A stretch of DNA of 13,573 nucleotides from Octopus sinensis (lineage: Eukaryota), in contig NW_021825965.1 in the NCBI RefSeq assembly GCF_006345805.1, positions 1 to 13,573 on the forward strand, written 5' to 3'. Below the pieces are notes generated by a model that saw only the letters and a program-made list of their open reading frames with translations, did not search any database and was not told where the DNA came from. The position numbers were made by a program, and so were the translations under genes. Shown here in pieces: positions 1 to 8,259 of the stretch; the first letter of the stretch is position 1; every line of letters starts with the position of its first letter.

Positions 1-13
1 TGAGAAGCTTTGC

Positions 14-246
14 AGGTGGCGAGCTGGCAGAAAAGGTTAGCACGCCGGGCGAGATGCGTAGCCGTATTTCGTCTGCCGTTACGTTCTGAGTTCAAATTCC
101 GCCGAGGTCGACTTTGCTTTTCATCCTTTCGGGGTCGATAAATTAAGTACCAGTTACGAACTGGGGTCGACATAATCGACTTAATCCGTTTTTCCGTCCT
201 TGTTTGTCCTCTCTGTGTTTAGCCCCTTGTGGGTAGTAAAGAAATA
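14..246 (+). mobile_element. tRNA-derived SINE, family A, unit 1 (full head)
   Basis: Pol III A-box-like TGGCAGAAAAGG (25-36) and B-box GTTCAAATTC (90-99). Body TTTCATCCTTTCGGGGTCGATAAATTAAGTACCAG resembles, from recall, the Meta-type central SINE domain. A-rich 3' end. The body recurs twice downstream. Confidence 0.85.
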
Positions 247-420
247 GGTATTTCGTCTGTCGTTACGTTCTGAGTTCGAGGTCGACTTTGCCTTTCATCC
301 TTTCGAGGTCGATAAATTAAGTAACTGTTACGCACTGGGGTCAATGTAATCGACTTAATCCCTTTGTTTGTCCTTGTTTGTCCCCTCTATGTTTAGCCCC
401 TTGTGGGCAATAAAGAAACA
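247..420 (+). mobile_element. SINE family A, unit 2 (5'-truncated, B box deleted)
   Basis: Starts GGTATTTCGTCTG directly after the tail of unit 1. Colinear with unit 1 except that about 10 nt (AAATTCCGCC) of the B-box region is missing. Confidence 0.85.
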
Positions 421-426
421 AAAAAT

Positions 427-642
427 GTTAGCACGCTGGGCGAAATACTTAGCGGTATTTCGTCTGCCGCTACGTTCTGAGTTCAAATTCCACCGAGGTC
501 CACTTTGCTTTTCATCCTTTCGGGATCGATAAATCAAGTACCAGTCACGAAATGTGGTCGATATAATCGACTTAATCCCTTTGTCTGTCCTTGTTTGTCC
601 CCTCTGTGTTTAGCCCCTTGTGGGCAATAAAGAAATAAGAAA
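427..642 (+). mobile_element. SINE family A, unit 3
   Basis: Starts GTTAGCACGCTGGGCGAAAT (lacks the A box), keeps GTTCAAATTCC, ends AATAAAGAAATAAGAAA. Confidence 0.85.
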
Positions 643-780
643 CTTGCTTCCGAACCACACGGTTCAGTCCCACTGCGTGACATCTTGGTGGAAGCATCTT
701 CTACTATAATCTTAGGCCGGCCAAAGCATTGTGGGTTTTGAAGACGGAAACTGAGAGAAGCCCATTGCATGTGTGTCTCT
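643..780 (+). mobile_element. CORE-type SINE (family B), degraded internal fragment
   Basis: GGTTCAGTCCCACTGCGTGACATCTTGG...CTTCTACTATA...GACGGAAACTGAGAGAAGCCC aligns with 2400-2530. Confidence 0.75.
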
Positions 781-1384
781 TGAAAATTGAAGATTGATGA
801 TGTCATTCCATCAAGGTGGGAACGCTGGTTGCCTCGTTCAAATTATCGATTTGAATTTCTATGATTTTGAATTTCTATGTATCACTTTTCATTTTGACCT
901 CGACAAAGACAGGCTTGCTGTCGAAATATAGGGGATTACTGGAAACATGAAAAAAAAATGTGTACACCATTATGTCAATCGCAGTTACAGTGAATCTCGA
1001 TTAAAGGAAATTGCAAATTACATTGCTAAGATTAGCAAGGAAAGTCAAACTTTCACGCATAATTTTAGCAAACAAAGTAAAATATATGATAGAATTCCTT
1101 TAGTGATTAACTGGCACCGAAATTTTGCTGGCATTTCGAAAGTGTTAAATTAACCTCTATTTCTGACTCGAGAAAACTAACATTGGAGTTTCTACGCGCT
1201 GTACTTTGAAAAAAAAAAAGCCGCAAGAGAGGTAAACCCTGTTCATTGCGCAACAACATGAGTCAAGTCAATTCCATCAGGATTCATAGCAGAGATGTTA
1301 TGATTTACACGGAAGGTGGGACGTGTAGAGATTTCCATTTGGTGTACGCAGGAGAATGCACCAAACACTACTTGGTTTATGTTG

Positions 1385-1471
1385 AAGTCTTGGGATCGAT
1401 TTGTTCCACAAAAGGCAGTGCTCCAGCCTGGCCACAGTCAAACGACTGAAACAAATATAAGAATAAAAGAG
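1385..1471 (+). mobile_element. SINE family B, 3' fragment
   Basis: AAGTCTTGGGATCGATTTG...GTGCTCCAGCCTGGCCACAGTCAAACGACTGAAACAA...AATAAAAGAG aligns with 2683-2770. Confidence 0.75.
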
Positions 1472-1786
1472 TGGGTGTAAGGGATGGGGTGGGGTTGGAT
1501 TGTGTAGTGGTGGGGTTACGAGGGAGGGGTGACGACGAAGGGGGAAGGGAGAAGGTGAGTAGGAATGAATAGAAGAATTATGAGTCGGAGCAAGAGAAGA
1601 GAGGTGGGTGGGAGGAAGTAGGTGTGAGGGGGAGAGAGAAGCGAGGGGAGGAGGTTAGATGAAGAGGGGAGGAGAGTTGAGCCCATGTGGCGCAAAGGAG
1701 CGAAGAGAGAAGATTAATTCCTGTGCACGGCGCAAACGGGAGTCCGGATGGCTCCTGTGCAAGGATAATCCGAACACAGACAGGTG
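1472..1786 (-). mobile_element. Penelope-like element (family PLE-A) 3' fragment: GIY-YIG endonuclease C-terminus plus pyrimidine-rich 3' UTR
   Basis: Minus strand 1786-1655 translates to HLSVFGLSLHRSHPDSRLRRAQELIFSLRSFAPHGLNSPPLFI*, with the R..E..LI..L....P.GLN pattern of PLE endonucleases (E replaced by A here). Homologous to about 10904-11251. Confidence 0.75.
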
Positions 1787-1833
1787 ACGGTTTCTTTAAG
1801 TTTCCACTCACAAGGGTCGGCCCGAAACTATAG
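1786..1833 (-). mobile_element. SINE family B, downstream part of a copy split by the 398-bp insertion
   Basis: Minus strand CTATAGTTTCGGGCCGACCCTTGTGAGTGGAAACTTAAAGAAACCGTC matches 2455-2523 with two internal deletions and continues exactly where 2232-2332 stops. Confidence 0.7.
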
Positions 1834-2231
1834 TACTTGTACTTGTACTTGTGGCAACATTCACCCTGGGCGGGTTGAGTCGGCTTCTTCTACCACCCTC
1901 GAGGCATCTCGAGCCATGGCGGTGGAAGAAGTTTCGTGGGAATATGAATTTCACAAGCGGTCCCCAACAATCCCGCATGTGGAGACATCCTGTTTGCCGC
2001 AGATTGTCCGCAGACGCAGGGACAGAACGACTGAGGAGCCGCCGGTTGCCGAAACAGACACCTCGAGGTCTGCCAGCTTGTGGCCCTAATACCACTCGGT
2101 GTCAGACCAATCCGCCTTGGGTGGCCCTACCAGGAACCGACGTTCCCGACGGCATAGCTCTGACACTACCCGTTGCCGGCGTCCCCGCCACGGTGAGGAG
2201 GGGATGGACTTTGGGGACGCAATGGACTTGG
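1834..2231 (-). mobile_element. Non-autonomous, internally deleted RTE-derived retroposon (398 bp)
   Basis: TSD GAAACTATAG (1824-1833) / GAAACTCTAG (2232-2241). (CAAGTA)3 tail at 1851-1834. 5' motif GAGCTATGCCG...TGGTAGGGCCACCCAAGGCGG (2160-2112) matches, from recall, the conserved 5' region of RTE/BovB-type LINEs. No RT coding sequence. Confidence 0.7.
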
Positions 2232-2332
2232 GAAACTCTAGCAGAAGGCACTTGCCCAAGGTGCCAGGCAGTGGGACTGAACCTAGAACCATATGGTTGG
2301 GAAGCGATCTTCTTAACCACACAGCCATCCCT
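2232..2332 (-). mobile_element. SINE family B, head and CORE of the split copy
   Basis: Minus strand: TGGCTGTGTGGTTAAG (A box), GGTTCAGTCCC (B box), CCTTGGGCAAGTGCCTTCT (CORE-like). Confidence 0.85.
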
Positions 2333-2360
2333 GAGAGAATTCTATGAACAAATCTCTGCT

Positions 2361-2780
2361 AGGCGCAGGAGTGGCTATGTGGTAAGTAGCTTGTTTACCA
2401 GCCACATGGTTCCGGGTTCAGTCCCACTGTGTGGCACCTTGGGCAAGTGTCTTCTAATATAGCCTCGGGCCGACCAAAGCCTTGTGAGTGGATTTGGTAG
2501 ACGGAAACTGAAAGAAGCCCGTCGTATATATGCATATATATATATATACGTGTGTGTGTTTGTGTGTCTGTGTTTGTCCCCCTAGCATTGCTTGACAACC
2601 GATGCTGGTGTGTTTATGTCCCCGTTACTTAGCGGTTCTGCAAAAGAGACCGATAAAATAAGTACTGGGCTTACAAAAGAATAAGTCCCGGGGTCGAGTT
2701 TGCTCGATTAAAGGCGGTGCTCCTGCATGGCCGCAGTCAAATGACTGAAACATGTAAAAGAGTAAAAGAGTAAAAGAGTA
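2361..2780 (+). mobile_element. Full-length CORE-type tRNA-derived SINE (family B)
   Basis: A box TGGCTATGTGG (2372-2382), B-box-like GGTTCAGTCCC (2415-2425), CORE-like CCTTGGGCAAGTGTCTTCT (2437-2455), internal (TA)/(TG) tract, (GTAAAAGA)3 tail. Eroded TSD core AACAAATCT at 2347-2355 and 2787-2795. Octopus OK/OR1/OR2 SINEs are described families, but I cannot assign which one this is. Confidence 0.9.
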
Positions 2781-3174
2781 TATTGTAACAAATCTGCATT
2801 CCACACAGCAGAAGAGAAAACAGACACTTGGTGCTCAACCGATTCTGGTTATGCCTATCACAAGTAGCTTAGCTTAATCTCCATAATTTGCATTCAGCTT
2901 CTTCCAAAAAGACATTTTATAACAACCGTCTTTGTTATAATATTTTCGCTCTAACAGAGATTAGAATTTTTATAGTTACCGACATACTACCATCAAAGAC
3001 CCGCCTAATACTTGTCGATGTATAATGTAAAATGTTTAAAACAATAACGTTTGAAAAAAAGATTTCTTTTTTGTCTTTTTATTCAATAAACAATAAAGAT
3101 GGTTTTAACCACTAAGCATGGCGGATGCAACATCTGTCGTATCAGATATCGGTGGTTGTTGACGTTGTTCTTTC

Positions 3175-3237
<63 letters not shown>

Positions 3238-3253
3238 TATTATATCATCATTA

Positions 3254-3288
<35 letters not shown>

Positions 3289-3497
3289 TATTATATCATC
3301 ATCATCATCATTATTATTATTATATCATCATCATCATCATTATTATTATTATTATTATATCATCATCATCATCATCATCATTATTATTATCATTATTATT
3401 ATTATTATATCATTATTATTATTATTAATATTATTATTATTATTATTATATCATCATCATCATCATTATTATTATTATCATTATTATTATTATTATA

Positions 3498-3545
<48 letters not shown>

Positions 3546-3724
3546 CATCATCATCATCATCATTATTATTATTATTATTATATCATCATCATCATTATTA
3601 TTATCATTATTATTATTATTAATCATTATTATTTTATTATTATTATTATATTATTATTATTATTATTATATCATCATCATCATCATTATTATTATTATCA
3701 TTATTGTATTATTATTTTCTATCA

Positions 3725-3756
<32 letters not shown>

Positions 3757-3948
3757 CATCATCATCATCATTATTATTATCATTATTATTATTATTATAT
3801 CATTATTATTATTATTATTATTATTATATTATTATTATTATTATTATTATATCATCATCATCATCATTTTATTATCATTATTATTATTATTATATCATTT
3901 TATTATTATTATTATTATTATTTTATTATTATTATATCATCATCATCA

Positions 3949-3990
<42 letters not shown>

Positions 3991-4034
3991 CATCATTATT
4001 ATTATTATTTTTATTTTTATTGTTGTTGTTGTTG
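3175..4034. repeat. Compound (ATT)n/(ATC)n microsatellite ending in (GTT)n
   Basis: Directly visible; source of the poly-I/L/Y/H ORFs. Confidence 0.97.
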
Positions 4035-4089
4035 TTTTTACTGTTGTTATTGGTAATTCTTTCGGTGTTATGAGGCTTCGAAAAAAACA

Positions 4090-4140
4090 TATCTATCTAT
4101 CTGGTCTGGTTGTCTGTGTTTCTGTCGATCCTACTATCTA

Positions 4141-4179
<39 letters not shown>

Positions 4180-4250
4180 GCCTGTCTACCTTTATAAATA
4201 GACAGACAGGTAGATAGATACAGAGATGCATGCATACATACATACATGAT
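4090..4250. repeat. (ATCT)/(TCTG)n/(GATA)/(CATA) tetranucleotide cluster
   Basis: Directly visible; pure (TCTG)n at about 4140-4180. Confidence 0.9.
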
Positions 4251-4259
4251 ACCTGTATA

Positions 4260-4700
4260 TCACCCACCATCGTCATCAGTTCTACTAAAACCACCACTGT
4301 TAGCGCAACCATCGCATCCATCCACTACACAATACCACTACGTGCCACCACCACCACTACCACCACCACCACCACTGCCAACCCTCCACCTCAATCACCA
4401 CCACCACCACCACCACAAAAACTACCACCACCACCAACACCATCATAACCATCACCACCGCTGCCACCACCGCCACTACCATCACCACCACCACCATAAC
4501 CACTGCCGCCACCACCACTACCAACCTCCCCACCTCGACCACCACCAACACCACCGCCACCACTACCACCAAAACTACCACCACCACCACCACCACCACC
4601 ACCACCACAAAAACTACCACCACCACCAACACCATCATAACCATCACCACCGCCGCCACCACTGCCAACCCCCACCTCGACCACCACCACCACCACCACC

Positions 4701-4732
<32 letters not shown>

Positions 4733-4800
4733 CAACAGCATCATCACATAAAAAACAAACAAAAACAAACAAAAGCAAAATAAAAACACAACCAACCAAA
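4260..4800. repeat. (ACC)n-rich low-complexity tract with internal block duplications, then (AAC)n and (AAAAC)n
   Basis: Block CCACAAAAACTACCACCACCACCAACACCATCATAACCATCACCACCGC occurs at about 4413 and 4604. Confidence 0.9.
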
Positions 4801-5051
4801 CGTGAAACTACGCCATTATTATTACACTAAGTTACGAAATTCTAGTAAAATCACTTAATTTGAAGTCTTATTTTTCTCTATTTTTTCCCCCAAAATGTCC
4901 CTCGTGTCTCACGTTTTATTTTTGTTCAAAAACTCTCGACAGAAATTAGTCTTGGTGACGAAATATTTTACAAAGTGTTACATAAATATCTGGTTTGTGG
5001 GGTTTTTTAAAAATCTTTTTCAGATATTTTCATATAATGAACCAGTAGTTT

Positions 5052-5067
5052 GAATGTGCGTGCGTGT

Positions 5068-5109
<42 letters not shown>

Positions 5110-5470
5110 AACGTGCGAGTGTATGTATGCATGAGTGTGTATGTGTGTGTATATATGTGCGTGTATGTGTGTATTTATGTATGTGTGAGTGTGTGTGAGT
5201 GTATGAACGTATGTACGTATCTGTATGAGTGTATGTATGTTGTATGTATGTATGTATGTATGCGTGTCTATGTATGTATGTATGTGTGTGTGTATATATA
5301 TATATATGTGTGTGTGTATGTGTAAGTGCGTGTGTGTGTGAGTATGAATGTATGTATGTATGTATGTATCTACATACGTATGTATGTATAGATAGATAGA
5401 TAGACACACTGACAAGCAGACAGAGACAGACACAGACAGACAGATAAATAGATAGATAGATAGACAGACA

Positions 5471-5505
<35 letters not shown>

Positions 5506-5506
5506 C

Positions 5507-5557
<51 letters not shown>

Positions 5558-5873
5558 TATAGATAGATAGATAGATGGATGGATGCATGGACGGATATAT
5601 GTATGTATGTATGCATACGGGTATGGAATGATGTTACGTACGTATATGTATAAATATGCATGTATATGTATGTGTACGTGTGTGCATGTATGATGCATAC
5701 ATATATCCATATGTGTGTGTGGTGGGTGTGTATGTTATATATTATTAATATATATATATATATATATATATATTAATATATAGTGGAATAAATAAATATA
5801 TATGCATACATACTACATATATGTACGTACCTACATCTACATGTATATATACATGCATATATAAATATATATA
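5052..5873. repeat. Compound microsatellite (TG)n, (TATG)n, (GATA)n, (GACA)n, (TA)n
   Basis: Directly visible. Confidence 0.97.
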
Positions 5874-6146
5874 CGTGAGTACAGGACACCACAAATAGAC
5901 GCAGAACTCAACGAGAACGAAAACGTAAAAACAAGCATGGAACGAACCTTTTTTTACAAAGAAAAAACAGAGTACTAGACAAACTACACAAGGAAAAATC
6001 CCCTTCATCAGCTGTCCCTAGTTCAACTCCAGCATGTTTCGAAGGTGAGGACAGAACACGACTCGTCGAACTAGTCCTTCCTGCGAAGAAATTAAAGGAA
6101 ATTACTTCGCAGAGGGGTAAAAACAAGGAAAGAACAAAATGTGACG
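5874..6146 (-). mobile_element. Probable interspersed repeat, possibly a PLE-derived terminal repeat, with hammerhead-like parts
   Basis: Complex sequence island between (TA)n and (TATG)n. Minus strand contains CTGATGAAG and CGAAACATG; strong hairpin CTGCGAAG/CTTCGCAG at 6081-6112. Family identity and strand are inferred. Confidence 0.45.
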
Positions 6147-6256
6147 TATGTATGTATGCATATATTTTATTTATGACACTATTGTATGACTGAACGCCTT
6201 CGCGTCGATTCGATTCGATTCGTTCCGTTTCGTTTCTTCTTCTTCTCCCAGTACAG

Positions 6257-6257
<1 letters not shown>

Positions 6258-6335
<78 letters not shown>

Positions 6336-6388
6336 ATATATATATATCTATATATGTATGTATTATGTATGTAGTATATATGCATGTA

Positions 6389-6419
<31 letters not shown>

Positions 6420-6692
6420 GTTTCGAATAGTAGTAGGAACAATTGTCGAAGACAGGTGAAGGAACGAGCAGGTGTATTACTTTTAACGAGGTATATACGT
6501 GGAGTTTGTATGTATGTATGTGTATATGTATGTATGTATATATGTATGTATATATGTATGTATGTATGTACGTATGTTTGTATGTATGTATCTGTGTATG
6601 TATGTATGTATGTATGAATGTATGTATGTGTGTGTGTATGTATGTATGTATGTTTGTATGTTTGTATGTATGTACATATGTACGTCCATATG

Positions 6693-6726
<34 letters not shown>

Positions 6727-6830
6727 TGTATGTGTAGTGTTTGTATGTACGTATATATGTATATATGTATGTATGTACATACGTACGTCGTTATGTATGT
6801 ATGTATGTATATATGAACATACGTACGCCG

Positions 6831-6866
<36 letters not shown>

Positions 6867-6870
6867 GTAT
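6258..6870. repeat. (TA)n and (TATG)n microsatellites
   Basis: Directly visible; interrupted by a short complex segment at 6421-6496. Confidence 0.95.
6433..6489 (-). mobile_element. Short remnant related to the PLE-A terminal segment
   Basis: GTCGAAGACAGGTG...GAACGAGCAGGTGTATTACTTTTAACG resembles GACGAAGATAGGTG...CAACAAACAGATGTATTAGTATAACG at 10399-10445. Both sit next to (TA)n. Confidence 0.4.
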
Positions 6871-7252
6871 GGATGCATGCAAATTCTCAGTGTTTTATTT
6901 TCCAAATGTCTCTCACCAATGGAGAAAGGCATGCCTTAGCCTAGAAACAAGAATTTTTCCATTGAAATTTAAACAAAAACACAATGTTTAATATCTCCCC
7001 ATCTGTACAAAGAAATTTTTAACCCCCACCCCCTATACACGACCACCCAGCCCCGTTTTTTTTTTGTCCTTTTTTTTTGTTTTTTTGTTTTGTTTTTGTA
7101 GTTGTTGTTGTTGTTCTAAAACGTTCTCTAAGAATGCCTGTCACACGTAACGAAGCCACCGTTGCCGATACAAAATTTATTGCACAAATCAAACCTGAAA
7201 ATCAATTGTCGATAATTTAGCGACATTTAAAATTTCCTTTTCTATTTTCTGT

Positions 7253-7253
<1 letters not shown>

Positions 7254-7307
<54 letters not shown>

Positions 7308-7585
7308 CAATATAATCATTGTCATTATCATCATCGCCGTCGTCACCATCATCATCCATCATCATCATTATCATCATCATCATCATCGTCATCATCATCT
7401 CCAACATCATCACCATCATTCTCATCCTCATCGTCGTCGTCGTCGTCGTCGTCACCACCACCACCATCACCATCACCATCATCATCATCACCGTCAACAT
7501 CATCATCATCATCACCACCACCATCACCAACATAATCATCATCATCATCATCATCATCACCACCACCACCACCACCACCACCACC
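7254..7585. repeat. Compound (ATT)n, (ATC)n, (GTC)n, (ACC)n microsatellite
   Basis: Directly visible. Confidence 0.97.
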
Positions 7586-7758
7586 TCCGTCGTTTCTTGT
7601 CAATGATTTCAGAACCTGGATGATAATCACGGTGGCCAAAAGTGAGAAATGGTACTGAATACTGATTCGCTTTTTTTGGTGAGGAAAGGGAGAAAATGTA
7701 CCGGCAAATCATAGAGAATTAATGCAAACCGCAACACATTAATCACTGCTTTTGTTGA

Positions 7759-7759
<1 letters not shown>

Positions 7760-7840
<81 letters not shown>

Positions 7841-7900
7841 AATGTTATATATATATATATATATATCTTATATATATATATATATTATATATATATATTT
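7760..7900. repeat. (TCTA)n and (TA)n microsatellites
   Basis: Directly visible. Confidence 0.97.
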
Positions 7901-7944
7901 TATACAACTAATTTAGGATAAAAAATTTTTCGAAACAAAAAATT

Positions 7945-8008
7945 TTATCAGCATATCAAAAAAGTACCTTTAAAGGTTATCGGCATATCAAAAAAATACC
8001 TTTAAAGG
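7945..8008. repeat. 32-bp tandem duplication
   Basis: TTATCAGCATATCAAAAAAGTACCTTTAAAGG / TTATCGGCATATCAAAAAAATACCTTTAAAGG, 2 mismatches. Confidence 0.92.
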
Positions 8009-8096
8009 TTAAATTTATAAATAATTTACAAAATAAGGGCAAAAGAAAAATTCTAATTCCAAATATGCCGAAAAAAAGACAAAAATTGTCAATAAC

Positions 8097-8258
8097 CATT
8101 ATAATTTATACGTCTCGAAATAAACCGATATAAATTTCTAAAAAATCCGTTATTACCGTATTGGTCCCAATTTCGGGGTTAATTCATAAGAATTTTCCCC
8201 TCTTCATCGATAAACGGATTTTTTAGAAATTTCTAATTGAGACGCATAAATTATAATG
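8097..8258. repeat. Inverted repeat (foldback or MITE-like)
   Basis: 8097-8116 pairs with 8258-8239 (19/20); 8132-8151 pairs with 8232-8213 (20/20); 61-bp spacer. Confidence 0.8.
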
Positions 8259-8259
8259 C

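Noticed and set aside
25-100. tRNA gene
   Set aside because: A and B boxes are present but there is no cloverleaf, and the sequence continues into a SINE body. The same applies to 2372-2425.
947-1153. 68-aa ORF in unique AT-rich sequence
   Set aside because: No recognisable motif or splice context; the length is within chance expectation.
1851-2462. 203-aa plus-strand ORF
   Set aside because: It reads antisense through the RTE-derived insert and two SINE heads, so it is a GC-rich repeat artefact.
2917-2940. Hairpin TTATAACAA-CCGTCT-TTGTTATAA
   Set aside because: A 9-bp AT-rich stem is plausible by chance in this composition.
5014-5060. Candidate micro-exon (TTTTTCAG...GTGCGT)
   Set aside because: All three frames contain stops.
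6215-6256. Strong polypyrimidine tract plus CAG after (GATTC)n/(GTTTC)n
   Set aside because: Followed immediately by (TA)n, with no exon body or donor site.
7120-7205. Minus-strand acceptor TTTTCAG followed by FDLCNKFCIGNGGFVTCDRHS* or LICAINFVSATVASLRVTG
   Set aside because: No convincing donor and no recognisable protein; cannot be supported without RNA-seq.
3099-7639. Long ORFs rich in I/L/Y/H, P/T/H, V/C/M or D/G
   Set aside because: All are translations of stop-free microsatellites, with no domain content.
7612-7660. Possible 29-nt plus-strand exon (TTTCAG|AACCTG...CAAAA|GTGAGA)
   Set aside because: The signals are plausible but common by chance, and there are no partner exons.
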